This document shows positions 1 through 11,652 of a stretch of 64,000 bases of DNA, in pieces. The translations under genes were made by a program, and so were the position numbers. Every line of letters starts with the position of its first letter. The first letter of the stretch is position 1. Below the pieces are notes generated by a model. That model saw only the letters and a list, made by a program, of their open reading frames with translations, was not told the origin of the DNA and did no database searches. This DNA is from an uncultured cyanobacterium (lineage in GTDB: Bacteria > Cyanobacteriota > Cyanobacteriia > PCC-9006 > JAAUQQ01), in the NCBI GenBank assembly GCA_963718615.1, contig OY970368.1, positions 1,024,001 to 1,088,000 on the forward strand. Direction: 5' to 3'.

Positions 1-1129
1 TAGGCAACGTGCTGCGCTCGGACTGCTGGCAGAGATAATCGTGAGCGGCATCTCGATCAAATTCCAAGGGTTGACCCTGGTCCATCAGGACGATATCTCC
101 TAAAACAATCTTCAGGTCCTCTTGATCAAACGCCACCCCAGCACGACCCGCAGCGGCAGCAATACGCCCCCAGTTGGGATCGCGACCAAAAATGGCGGAT
201 TTGAGCAGCGCTGAACCAGCGACGGTCCGGGCAATTTGTCGAGCAGCGGCATCGTCGGCGGTGCCAGAAACCTGGACTTCGATTAAGCAGGTAGCCCCTT
301 CGCCATCGCGGGCGATCGCCTGGGCCAAGTATTGACATACCGCCGTCAGCATTGCTTCGAGCTTCTCGGCTTCAGGACCAGGTTCCGTAATCGCAGGGGT
401 ACGGGATTGACCGTTAGCCAGAGCCATGAGCGAATCATTCGTACTGGTATCGCCATCAACGGTGATTTGATTAAAACTTCGGTCCGCCGCTCGGGTCAGC
501 ATCTCCTGCCAAAGGTGGGGGGAGACCGTGGCATCGCAGGTTACAAACGCCAGCATCGTCGCCATATTGGGATGGATCATCCCCGAACCCTTGGCAATGC
601 CACCAATCCGAACCGGGCGATCGCCAAACATCCCTTCTACAGCGATCGACTTGGTGACGAGATCCGTGGTGGCGATCGCCTGGGCCGCGTCATCGGAACC
701 GTCGTCCGTCAGGGCCTGAACAATTCGATCGATCCCCGTGCGCATGGGCTCCATGGGAATTTGACGCCCAATCACGCCGGTAGAAGCAATCAACACCGCA
801 GAATCCGGAATGCCTAGGGCCTGAGCCACCCGCTGCGCCGACTCTACAGTATTTGCCCATCCTTGGGTGCCGGTGCTAGCGTTGGCCTGCCCCGAATTGC
901 AGAGAATCGCCTGGGCCGCTGCCTTCTGCTTGAGCTGCTGGCGACAAAAATCAACACAGCCCGCACGAACATGGCTGGTGGTGAAGACCCCAGCGGCGAT
1001 CGCCTCCCCCTCCGAAACAATCAACGCCAGATCCGGCAAGCCCGAAGGCTTTAAACCCGCCACGATTCCAGCTGCCTGATATCCCTTAGGAGCGGTGACT
1101 CCCCCTGGAATGCTGTGCCAATCCGCCAT
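1..1129 (-). CDS. argJ: Bifunctional ornithine acetyltransferase/N-acetylglutamate synthase (3' end outside window)
   Basis: Manual minus-strand translation from ATG 1129: MADWHSIPGGVTAPKGYQAAG...ILCNSGQANA...ASTGVIG...IATTDLVTK...GGIAKGSGMIHPNMATML (ArgJ motifs). Absent from the ORF track because it runs off the window edge. Confidence 0.95.
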   Translation of the reverse strand, partial: MADWHSIPGGVTAPKGYQAAGIVAGLKPSGLPDLALIVSEGEAIAAGVFTTSHVRAGCVDFCRQQLKQKAAAQAILCNSGQANASTGTQGWANTVESAQRVAQALGIPDSAVLIASTGVIGRQIPMEPMRTGIDRIVQALTDDGSDDAAQAIATTDLVTKSIAVEGMFGDRPVRIGGIAKGSGMIHPNMATMLAFVTCDATVSPHLWQEMLTRAADRSFNQITVDGDTSTNDSLMALANGQSRTPAITEPGPEAEKLEAMLTAVCQYLAQAIARDGEGATCLIEVQVSGTADDAAARQIARTVAGSALLKSAIFGRDPNWGRIAAAAGRAGVAFDQEDLKIVLGDIVLMDQGQPLEFDRDAAHDYLCQQSERSTLP

Positions 1130-1332
1130 AGCCCCTTTCCAACCCATTTCTGAATGTTCGATATGTTCGATATAGCAGGAAAATCGGTTAAATGGCCTGA
1201 TTTTTCTGTTTGCCGGTTCTTTTGCCGGTTCCATTGTTACAGGTTTCCGGGGCAGATTGAGTACCAGGGAGGGCGGACAAACTTTTTTGCGATCCTTTCC
1301 GGAAGTATCATTAGGCACCAGTATAAGTGAAT

Positions 1333-1382
1333 GGTAGATGCACCCTGACTCAATCAAACCTCGGCCTTCGGTCGAGGTTTTT
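1333..1382 (+). ncRNA. NsiR1-like sRNA copy 1
   Basis: TCCGGA 1298-1303, TATAAG 1322-1327, GGTAGATGCACCCTGACTCA, hairpin AAACCTCGGCC-TTC-GGTCGAGGTTT with T-run. The start site is inferred. Confidence 0.8.
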
Positions 1383-1488
1383 CTTTGTAATTTGGGTATT
1401 GAAGCTATCAGGATGGGGAGGTGCGATCGCCCCAAACAAAAATTCTTTTAGTTTCCGGAAACGTCGTATCAATTCAGTATAAGTGAAT

Positions 1489-1540
1489 GGTAGATGCACC
1501 CTGACTCATTTAATCCCCAGCCTAGGCCGGGGATTTTTTT
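1489..1540 (+). ncRNA. NsiR1-like sRNA copy 2
   Basis: TCCGGA 1454-1459, same 5' core, hairpin AATCCCCAGCC-TA-GGCCGGGGATT with T-run. Confidence 0.8.
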
Positions 1541-1673
1541 ATGGCTTTTAATTTAGAGCAACGGCTCTTTGAATCAGCGCCTTAGACCAACATAGATTAA
1601 CCGTTCAACTGTCCCATAGAAAGAAAAGTTAGCTCAATTCCGGATGTGCCCTAAAGCACTCGTATAAGGGAAT

Positions 1674-1723
1674 GGTAGATGCACCCTGACTCAATTAAAC
1701 CTCGGCCTTCGGTCGAGGTTTTT
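1674..1723 (+). ncRNA. NsiR1-like sRNA copy 3
   Basis: TCCGGA 1639-1644, same 5' core, hairpin identical to copy 1. Confidence 0.8.
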
Positions 1724-1774
1724 CTTTTTTCTGATACTTTCCGGAACCGATCGAATGAGCCAGTATAAGTGAAT

Positions 1775-1832
1775 GGTAGATGCACCCTGACTCATTTAAT
1801 CCCCCGGCCACAAGTGGTTTTGGGGATTTTTT
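1775..1832 (+). ncRNA. NsiR1-like sRNA copy 4
   Basis: TCCGGA 1740-1745, same 5' core, longer hairpin AATCCCCCGGCCAC-AA-GTGGTTTTGGGGATT with T-run. Confidence 0.78.
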
Positions 1833-2031
1833 ATTGGCGCGATCGTAAGAAGTCAAAAAGGACTGGGGAAGGACTTAGGGTCGAGGCTTCAATATCTTTT
1901 TCAAACCTTTTCAGGCATAAATCTACTGGCGACTTGCTCCAGAATAAAATTCCTTGAGGATACCCAAAATCGCGAGCAAACTAACTGCAATTCTCTTCCG
2001 GAGACACCGTATCAATTCAGTATAAGTGAGT

Positions 2032-2083
2032 GGTAGATGCACCCTGACTCATTTAATCCCCGGCCTAGGCTGGGGATTTTTTT
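2032..2083 (+). ncRNA. NsiR1-like sRNA copy 5
   Basis: TCCGGA 1997-2002, same 5' core, hairpin AATCCCCGGCC-TA-GGCTGGGGATT with T-run. Confidence 0.8.
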
Positions 2084-2119
2084 GGGGACTATTCAAACCA
2101 CTAAATGGGTCACACTCGC

Positions 2120-5100
2120 TCAAAAGGGAACATCATCATCTTCGCCTTCAGCCTCTGTCGAACCCTCATCCGGTTCTAGCAGAATTTCCATGGAGGCTGC
2201 GGTGGCGATCGCACTCTCCGAATCCAGGCTTGCCATCCCCGCCACAAAACCATCATCCGTCACAATCTCTCCATTAAAAAACTGCGCCAAACTCTTCGCC
2301 GCCCGCATCAATTCATTCTCATCCCACGTGGGCCGCAGCGGTGCGACTGCCGCTAGCCTTGATTGATCCGATGTCCCATTGAACGTTGCTTCATTGAACG
2401 CCACCGCGTCGAGGGTCGAGCCCTGAACGCCAACTACCGTCTGAACCGCAGCGCGTGAGACCATCGCCTCAGGCTGGACGATCTCTGACTGGACGAGCGA
2501 CGACGCTGGAGGGGGCGTTAATTCCGGGGGCAGAGCCTGGGCGATCGCGGTGGGTTCATGAACCGGACGGGGGGGAGAAGCTGGGACGGGGGGCGCAGGC
2601 GCAGGCCGCGCAGGTGCTGGTTGCGGAGGTGCCAGGTGAGGAGGCGCAGACTGAGAAGACACCGATTGAGAAGACACCGATTGAGAAGGCGCAGTCTGGA
2701 CCATCCCTTCCGTCTCCACCGAAGGAATAACGGGCTCTAATTTAACTTTGATGGGTTGGCTCGCCACACGGGCAAAGGCGGCTTCAATGGCCGGTAGTTT
2801 GCCTTGAATATTGCCCATCCACTGGGCCGTAATCCCTACGATCGCTGCGGTGCCGGTAAATTTGAGCAACTGTCCTTGCTGCCGCATGAGCATTTGGGTG
2901 CTGCGATACTCGACATTGGCGATCGCCCGCTGCCAGATATCCTCTAAATCAAACTCAGACTGCGGCACGGAATGGGGCTGAGCCGCCTGCGGCACGGAAT
3001 AGGGCTGGGCCGCTGGGGGAGGTTCAACCGTGAGGGCAACCGCTGGATGAGACGCAGGTGCAGAAGAGAGGGATGAAGCGACTGGAACGGCAGGGATAGT
3101 TGCCGCCGCTGGCACCACAGATTGCTGCACAACTGTGGGCGGTGGCGGTGGCGCTGGGACAACTACAGGGGTTGCAGGCGTTGAAGAAACGGAAACAGGT
3201 GCCGCTGATGCAGCAAATCCCCCCGTAGATGGAGACACAACCGGTTGAGCTGACTGCATTGCTGAAGGCAAGAGCCCCATTAGGGTGACCTCCAGCCAGA
3301 GTCGAGGCTGTGTCGTATTCTTAATTTGGACTTCGCTACTCCGCAGATGCTGCTGTCCCCGCAGAATCGTCCCGAGGTCGAGGTGCTGGGCAAATTCGAT
3401 GAGCTGCTCCCAAGTGCTGGGTGTAATAGCAACTAGATCATTGCGCGTGGGTGCAGTTTTAGCAATGAGCAGATCTCGATAGAAGCTAGCGAGATTTTGT
3501 AGAACAATGAGGGGTTCACGGCCTCGGTTCATCAGATGACGGGCGCGATCGAGGACGGTTTCGGGATGGTTGGTGGCGATCGCCTCAACCAAACTAAACA
3601 AATCCCGCTCAGGCACAGCACCCACCAAATCCCAAACGGCATCAATGCTGACGGGCGGAGGCAGCAAGCTCAGTTGGTCCAGCAGACTTTCAGCATCCCG
3701 CAGCCCCCCTTGGGCAACCTGGGCAACCAGCGTCAGCGCTTCCGGTTCAATTTGAATGCCTTCGGCGGTCGCAATCATGCCCAAGTGATCCACCATGGAT
3801 TCAAGCGGAATCCGGCGGTAATCAAAACGCTGACAGCGGGAAATGATTGTGGGTAAGACTCGTTGGGGATCGGTAGTCGCCAGCACAAAGACGACGCGAT
3901 CGGGTGGTTCTTCTAGGGTTTTAAGTAGCGCATTGAACGCCGCACTACTGAGCATATGGCAATTATGCACCAAAAGACCATTAGCTACAAAATTGTGGTT
4001 ATCTTCAACCTCGATATCGTAGACCTGCTCGATTGTTGACCTCTCAACAGAAAGGACCTCCTCGAAACTTGTACTCCATTGAGGGAATTGCGTAGATTTG
4101 ATGGTCTCGCAACCATCTTCGTGCTGATTGAGCTCCCAAGGAGATGTAGTAATAGCGTTTTTGTGTGTTGGATCGCAAGTAAGACTTCGCTTTTGCTGTA
4201 TATCCCAAGCCCGAGAGCCAAGCTGCGACCAGCTCTGTTTCGGATTCTGAAAAGCCTTCTGTGTGGAATTGAATAGCGGGGCTACCTGCAGGTGTGATGG
4301 AGAGTGATCCGTCATCCATGTACCACCATGCTCTTCCCTCTGGAGTGATTCTATCCAGCCAATTCGGGGTGATCCGCTTGCATGTCCCCTCTGGCTTAAC
4401 CACACGGTAGATTTCACACAATTGGGGATGACAGGCGGTGCTACAGCACACAGATAGAGTGCCATATCCACGATTTGTGGCCAGCCGTATCTTGGGCCTG
4501 AGGATAGACAGTCGGTTGGCTTTGTGTTCCATCCATGCTTTTTGCTCTGCTCCGTGGGTCCATGCCAACCGTGGGAAACGGCTGTGGGCATTGGGATAGG
4601 AAATAGAGCCGTCGCCAAGTAGGGTGCCGTAAATGAGTCCTTGGATACAGGGAGAGAGATGGCCAGAACGTTCTGTGAAATTGTCCGTTCGTTTATCCCA
4701 AATTCCATGACCTTTTTTATAGGGATGTCTACCCCAATAGGAATTAATGCTCTGAATCCCTTTTCCCTTCTCTTGCAGAAATTTTGGGATTGCAAGTAGT
4801 TCTCCGCATCCACAGGCACAGAACGGTCGTAGTGATTCTGCTTGCCGAAGAATGGCTTGAAGATCGTAGTCCCGTTGGCCGTACTGATTTCCTCGAAATT
4901 GGTGCCCTGCGGAAAATCGACGCTCTCGCCCATCAACACCGAATTGGTAGATAAGCACCCCACATCCACAGGCACAGGGGATAGTATTCTCGTTTTTTCT
5001 TTTACGTCCTTTGCTGCTACCCATCCCTGATCGGTTCTGATGAGATGATTCCCTGTGCACTGAATTGTGCGGTGGGTGGTTTTAATGAAGAGTGTTTGGC

Positions 5101-5638
5101 GCTCACCCTGATCGAGCCAACGCACAACAGGCTTGTACTCCCATTCTTCTGAGGATTCGTTGTAGCTCAGGACTCGTTGACCCTGAAGCTGAGGATCATC
5201 GATCCTCACTAGCCCATCTTGGGTTTGCACCAAGGTATCGCCCGTCAGGCACTCGTCGATGACATAGACCTTAAACCGACACTGCACTGGTGCAAACTGG
5301 GCTTTCTCGATCAGCTCCCGGATATTGTCCACACCGGTATTGCTCGCCGCATCAATTTCAATCACGTCCAGCGCATTGCCCCGCACAATCGAGCGGCAGG
5401 CTTCGCAGGTGCCACAGGGCTGAGGCGTCGGGTGGTCGCCCGCTTGACAGTTGAGCGACTTGGCCAAAATCCGCGCGCTAGAGGTTTTTCCCGTGCCTCG
5501 GGGACCTGTGAACAGATAGGCCGGCGCGATGCGCTCTTGCAGGATAGCGTTCGTTAGCGTCGTTGCGATCGCCTCTTGACCCACCAGGTCCCGAAACGTC
5601 TGCGGTCGATATTTGTGGTGGAGCGGTTCGTAGGCCAT
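2120..5638 (-). CDS. dnaX: DNA polymerase III subunit gamma/tau, intein-containing
   Basis: MAYEPLHHKYRPQTF, Walker A GPRGTGKT, EIDAASNTG, IDE|intein|CHMLSSAAFNALLKTLEEPP, SRC motif, Pro/Ala-rich linker. Likely start ATG 5638 (ORF track extends to 5704). Confidence 0.97.
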   Translation of the reverse strand: MAYEPLHHKYRPQTFRDLVGQEAIATTLTNAILQERIAPAYLFTGPRGTGKTSSARILAKSLNCQAGDHPTPQPCGTCEACRSIVRGNALDVIEIDAASNTGVDNIRELIEKAQFAPVQCRFKVYVIDECLTGDTLVQTQDGLVRIDDPQLQGQRVLSYNESSEEWEYKPVVRWLDQGERQTLFIKTTHRTIQCTGNHLIRTDQGWVAAKDVKEKTRILSPVPVDVGCLSTNSVLMGESVDFPQGTNFEEISTANGTTIFKPFFGKQNHYDRSVPVDAENYLQSQNFCKRREKGFRALIPIGVDIPIKKVMEFGINERTISQNVLAISLPVSKDSFTAPYLATALFPIPMPTAVSHGWHGPTEQSKKHGWNTKPTDCLSSGPRYGWPQIVDMALYLCAVAPPVIPNCVKSTVWLSQRGHASGSPRIGWIESLQREEHGGTWMTDHSPSHLQVAPLFNSTQKAFQNPKQSWSQLGSRAWDIQQKRSLTCDPTHKNAITTSPWELNQHEDGCETIKSTQFPQWSTSFEEVLSVERSTIEQVYDIEVEDNHNFVANGLLVHNCHMLSSAAFNALLKTLEEPPDRVVFVLATTDPQRVLPTIISRCQRFDYRRIPLESMVDHLGMIATAEGIQIEPEALTLVAQVAQGGLRDAESLLDQLSLLPPPVSIDAVWDLVGAVPERDLFSLVEAIATNHPETVLDRARHLMNRGREPLIVLQNLASFYRDLLIAKTAPTRNDLVAITPSTWEQLIEFAQHLDLGTILRGQQHLRSSEVQIKNTTQPRLWLEVTLMGLLPSAMQSAQPVVSPSTGGFAASAAPVSVSSTPATPVVVPAPPPPPTVVQQSVVPAAATIPAVPVASSLSSAPASHPAVALTVEPPPAAQPYSVPQAAQPHSVPQSEFDLEDIWQRAIANVEYRSTQMLMRQQGQLLKFTGTAAIVGITAQWMGNIQGKLPAIEAAFARVASQPIKVKLEPVIPSVETEGMVQTAPSQSVSSQSVSSQSAPPHLAPPQPAPARPAPAPPVPASPPRPVHEPTAIAQALPPELTPPPASSLVQSEIVQPEAMVSRAAVQTVVGVQGSTLDAVAFNEATFNGTSDQSRLAAVAPLRPTWDENELMRAAKSLAQFFNGEIVTDDGFVAGMASLDSESAIATAASMEILLEPDEGSTEAEGEDDDVPF
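3962..5251 (-). mobile_element. DnaX intein, 430 aa
   Basis: Starts CLTGDTLV after VIDE, has block B TIQCTGNHLI, and ends VYDIEVEDNHNFVANGLLVHN followed by Cys+1. 1290 nt. Confidence 0.95.
4044..5024 (-). CDS. LAGLIDADG-type homing endonuclease overprinted in an alternative frame within the intein
   Basis: Uninterrupted ORF (GTG 5060 or ATG 5024) with two CACGCG motifs, LIYGTLLGDGSI and AWWYMDDGSL LAGLIDADG-like motifs, and C-terminal SMEYK. Confidence 0.85.
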   Translation of the reverse strand: MGSSKGRKRKNENTIPCACGCGVLIYQFGVDGRERRFSAGHQFRGNQYGQRDYDLQAILRQAESLRPFCACGCGELLAIPKFLQEKGKGIQSINSYWGRHPYKKGHGIWDKRTDNFTERSGHLSPCIQGLIYGTLLGDGSISYPNAHSRFPRLAWTHGAEQKAWMEHKANRLSILRPKIRLATNRGYGTLSVCCSTACHPQLCEIYRVVKPEGTCKRITPNWLDRITPEGRAWWYMDDGSLSITPAGSPAIQFHTEGFSESETELVAAWLSGLGYTAKAKSYLRSNTQKRYYYISLGAQSARRWLRDHQIYAIPSMEYKFRGGPFC

Positions 5639-5727
5639 GACATCCGAGCATCTTCCTTCATCACTATAAGCAATGGAAGAAAAACTTCGGCAAGCGAGTC
5701 GCAAGCCTTACAAATCCTCAACTTCCA

Positions 5728-5799
5728 TGGGCGATACTGGATTTGAACCAGTGACGTCCTGCTTGTAAGGCAGGCGCTCTACCGCTGAGCTAATCGCCC
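5728..5799 (-). tRNA. trnV: tRNA-Val(TAC)
   Basis: GGGCGATTAGCTCAGCGGTAGAGCGCCTGCCTTACAAGCAGGACGTCACTGGTTCAAATCCAGTATCGCCCA folds as a cloverleaf with anticodon TAC. Confidence 0.97.
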
Positions 5800-5833
5800 G
5801 AAAACTATCGCTGTTCGCAGCGACTGTAGCAGT

Positions 5834-6643
5834 CTAACACAAAAGAGTGAGCAAACAGAGCAATAAAGCCTCCGTCCATTCCACAACCGCACCGTAGGTA
5901 TCTCCGGTATGGCCCCCCAGCTTGCGGTTAAACCAAGAGCCGGTATTGAAGGCGATCGCAAACCCCCCAAACAACATCCCTAGCGCCAACATCCAATGAT
6001 GCAAATACAGTCCCCCCAAAAGTCCACTGAGACCAACTAGAAGCAATAGCCCCGGCCACAGATCACCCGGTTGAAACTCAGCTTTATGAAATGCCCCCTT
6101 GCCTTCGGGTTTGAGATAGGGATAACGAGCGATCGCCAAGACCTGCCCCCACCGCCCCCAGCCTGCCGCCCCCATCAGGGCTGCGGTTCTGGCAATGGGG
6201 TCTAGGGGAAGCGCCATAAGGGCGGAGAACTTCAGCAGTAGGAGGGCGATCGCCGCCATCACCCCAAACGCACCGGCCACACTATCCGCCATCACTGCTA
6301 GTCGTCGCTTAGGATCCATTACCGACAGGCCATCCGCCGTATCCATCGCCCCATCCAAATGCAGCCCCCCTGTAATCGCAATCCACAGCACAACCACCAA
6401 CGCCGTGCGGCAAATCAAAGGCATTTGTAGCTGAGCTAAACCCAAATCTAATAATCCCAACCCCAGGCCCAACCCCACACCAATTAAAGGGGCAAATCGT
6501 GCAATGCGGCGAAAATCAAAGGACTCAACCTGAGGCAAGGGCAGCGCTGTATAAAAGGTCAAACTCGCGAGCAACTGCGAAACCTCCGTCTGAAGCCATC
6601 GACCGAGTCCTTGCCCTTGCTTCAATCGAGGTTGTCCTGACAT
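5834..6643 (-). CDS. cobS: Adenosylcobinamide-GDP ribazoletransferase (cobalamin synthase)
   Basis: [39 protein letters not shown]; multiple TM helices. Start uncertain (6643-6706). Confidence 0.93.
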   Translation of the reverse strand: MSGQPRLKQGQGLGRWLQTEVSQLLASLTFYTALPLPQVESFDFRRIARFAPLIGVGLGLGLGLLDLGLAQLQMPLICRTALVVVLWIAITGGLHLDGAMDTADGLSVMDPKRRLAVMADSVAGAFGVMAAIALLLLKFSALMALPLDPIARTAALMGAAGWGRWGQVLAIARYPYLKPEGKGAFHKAEFQPGDLWPGLLLLVGLSGLLGGLYLHHWMLALGMLFGGFAIAFNTGSWFNRKLGGHTGDTYGAVVEWTEALLLCLLTLLC

Positions 6644-7258
6644 TTCCTGAGTCTCCTTAGCACGGTTACCCCTGGTTTCTCTGACCGTACTTTTACGGAT
6701 TTTCATAAGTACGCAAACTCAAAATCCCGTAAAACACCCCTAACGCACTGCTTAAAAGGCTTCTAGCACAATTTTTGGCAGCACAATCCAACCCTCAGAT
6801 TAAACCTTCTCCGCATTTTAGCGGAACCGACTCACCTTAATCCCGAGCCATAATGAATTCACGACCCCACAAAGACCTTTGTGACCTAAACTTCGCCCTT
6901 TGGCCTATACGGAGGTGCAACCCCTTTTAAGGGTTTATAGTGAGATAGCATTGAGTTTTGTCCTCATGAGGCAATTCTTTATTGTTTCTCTTCCGTGTTA
7001 TCCCTGATTCCGCTTTATCTTTCCCCCAAGATAGTGCGCTCAGGATTCTGCCCCAAAGTATCAAGCCACGGTATCGAGTCCAGGAATTAAGTCCAAGGAT
7101 CGAGCGAAGTGTTTCGACCAAGCCCCCTTTTCATTGGGTTTTGTTGGCGTCGGGGTCTTGAAACTGTCGGGGTCTTGAAACTTAGGTTTCAGGGTTGCTT
7201 CCAGAGCTCTCTCTTTGCTGCACTGTGTTAGTCGCCGTTCGCGCAACTTCTTCGGCCT

Positions 7259-10208
<2,950 letters not shown>

Positions 10209-10375
10209 CTCCCCTCTTTTGCCAGGTTGTCAAGCCGGTTGAATAAACAAGTATTGGGGATGATTGTTAATTTCCTACGAACAATCCTATGGTCGGGGGA
10301 TTGCTTTGTACCCTAGTTACTGATGTAGCATGAAGAACCATCGCCTCTCCACATCAGAGAGTCACATCACCACGT

Positions 10376-11080
10376 ATGACCGGAATTCAGCTTCCTGTTT
10401 TTCGCAATGCGACATTATTAGAGCAAGCACTGACCCATCGCTCTTATATTCACGAACACCCCGGAAGCGGCAAGCACAATGAGCGCCTGGAGTTTTTGGG
10501 GGACGCAGTTTTAAACTTTTTGAGTGGAGAGTATCTTTTTCAACGATACCCGGAGAAACCTGAGGGGGAGTTGACCCCCTTGCGCTCTGCCCTCGTCGAT
10601 GAATTCCAGTTGTCTAAGTTTGCGAGTCAACTGGACCTAGGGGAGCGACTGCGACTGGGGAAAGGCGCACAGCGCCAAGGAGGACGTCAAAATCCCAATC
10701 TCACGAGCTGTGCCTTTGAAGCCGTCATCGGAGCCTATTTTTTAGACCAAGACTCCAAAATGAGCCCCGTCCGTCAATGGATCATTCCCTTCTTTGATAC
10801 GGTTGTGGATGAGATGGCCCTCGTTGCGCCACTGCTCAACACCAAGAGCCTACTGCAAGCGGAAACCCAACGCCGCGTTCAAGAGAATCCAACCTATCGC
10901 ATCGTGGACGAATCCGGTCCTGACCACAACCGTCAGTTTGTGGCCGAGGTCTGGGCAGGTGGCCTATGTCTGGGGCGGGGCCAAGGCAAACGCAAGCAGG
11001 ATGCCGAAAAAGCCGCCGCCAAAGACGCCCTAGAGCGGCTGGGGTTTGATGCCTCGCTGCCTTCGACCGCTCCCCGTTAG
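10376..11080 (+). CDS. rnc: Ribonuclease III
   Basis: [20 protein letters not shown] signature, C-terminal dsRBD (GPDHNRQF...KQDAEKAAA). Confidence 0.95.
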   Translation: MTGIQLPVFRNATLLEQALTHRSYIHEHPGSGKHNERLEFLGDAVLNFLSGEYLFQRYPEKPEGELTPLRSALVDEFQLSKFASQLDLGERLRLGKGAQRQGGRQNPNLTSCAFEAVIGAYFLDQDSKMSPVRQWIIPFFDTVVDEMALVAPLLNTKSLLQAETQRRVQENPTYRIVDESGPDHNRQFVAEVWAGGLCLGRGQGKRKQDAEKAAAKDALERLGFDASLPSTAPR

Positions 11081-11607
11081 GAAACTTGGGAAATCTGGGC
11101 CTGAAACGACTTGAGAAATTCGGTATTCACACCGGATTCTCGGGTCAGGGCAATCTTCCCGGTGCGCGCGATTTCGCGAATGCCAAAGCGTTGCAGAACC
11201 TGGACGATCGCCACCATCTTGCCCGGATCTCCCACGACTTCGATGGTCACCGAATCATCGGAGACGTCGACGATCTTGGCGCGAAAAATTTGTACAAACT
11301 GCAACACTTCCGATCGCGTTTTGCTATCGGCATTGATTTTCAACAACATCAGCTCCCGTTCTACTGCCGGGAGTTCGGTAATGTCATTCACCTTGATCAC
11401 ATTCACCAATTTATAAAGTTGTTTGGTGAGCTGCTCAATGATCTGATCATCCCCTGGGACCACCATGGTGATGCGCGAGACACCGCCCTGTTCCGCAGGT
11501 CCTACAGCTAAGCTTTCGATGTTAAAGCCCCGGCGGGCAAACAGGCCCGCAATGCGAGAGAGAACTCCCGCTTCATCTTCCACCAATACAGAAAGGGTGT
11601 GTTTCAT
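11077..11607 (-). CDS. ilvN: Acetolactate synthase small (regulatory) subunit
   Basis: [39 protein letters not shown] domain, EIARTG. Confidence 0.96.
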   Translation of the reverse strand: MKHTLSVLVEDEAGVLSRIAGLFARRGFNIESLAVGPAEQGGVSRITMVVPGDDQIIEQLTKQLYKLVNVIKVNDITELPAVERELMLLKINADSKTRSEVLQFVQIFRAKIVDVSDDSVTIEVVGDPGKMVAIVQVLQRFGIREIARTGKIALTRESGVNTEFLKSFQAQISQVS

Positions 11608-11652
11608 GGTTGGTGCGATCGCCCCGGTACAAAATTCGTCAGACTCCCTATT

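Larger units (their letters stand above)
1298..2083 (+). repeat. Tandem array of five promoter+sRNA+terminator units (NsiR1-like)
   Basis: GTATAAG(T/G)GA(A/G)TGGTAGATGCACCCTGACTCA occurs five times with irregular spacing. Each copy is preceded by TCCGGA and followed by a hairpin plus T-run. Confidence 0.9.

Noticed and set aside
126-1079. Listed ORFs overlapping argJ, and similar antisense or alternate-frame ORFs across the core genes
   Set aside because: Shadows of well-supported genes, with no recognisable motifs.
1244-1260. Possible sixth array unit at TTTCCGGG
   Set aside because: No TATAAG box or GGTAGATGCACC core follows it.
1298-2083. CRISPR array interpretation of the five repeats
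   Set aside because: Unit spacing is irregular (101-257 nt), each unit has promoter boxes and a terminator, and no cas genes are in the window.
1769-2277. Small ORFs starting MNGRCTLTH/MSGRCTLTH in the repeats
   Set aside because: They run through terminator hairpins, and their lengths and downstream sequences are not conserved between copies.
4990-5006. Programmed -1 frameshift from the intein frame into the nested endonuclease at the A-rich stretch
   Set aside because: The A AAA AAC heptamer is phased to the endonuclease frame rather than the dnaX frame, so it does not support this mechanism.
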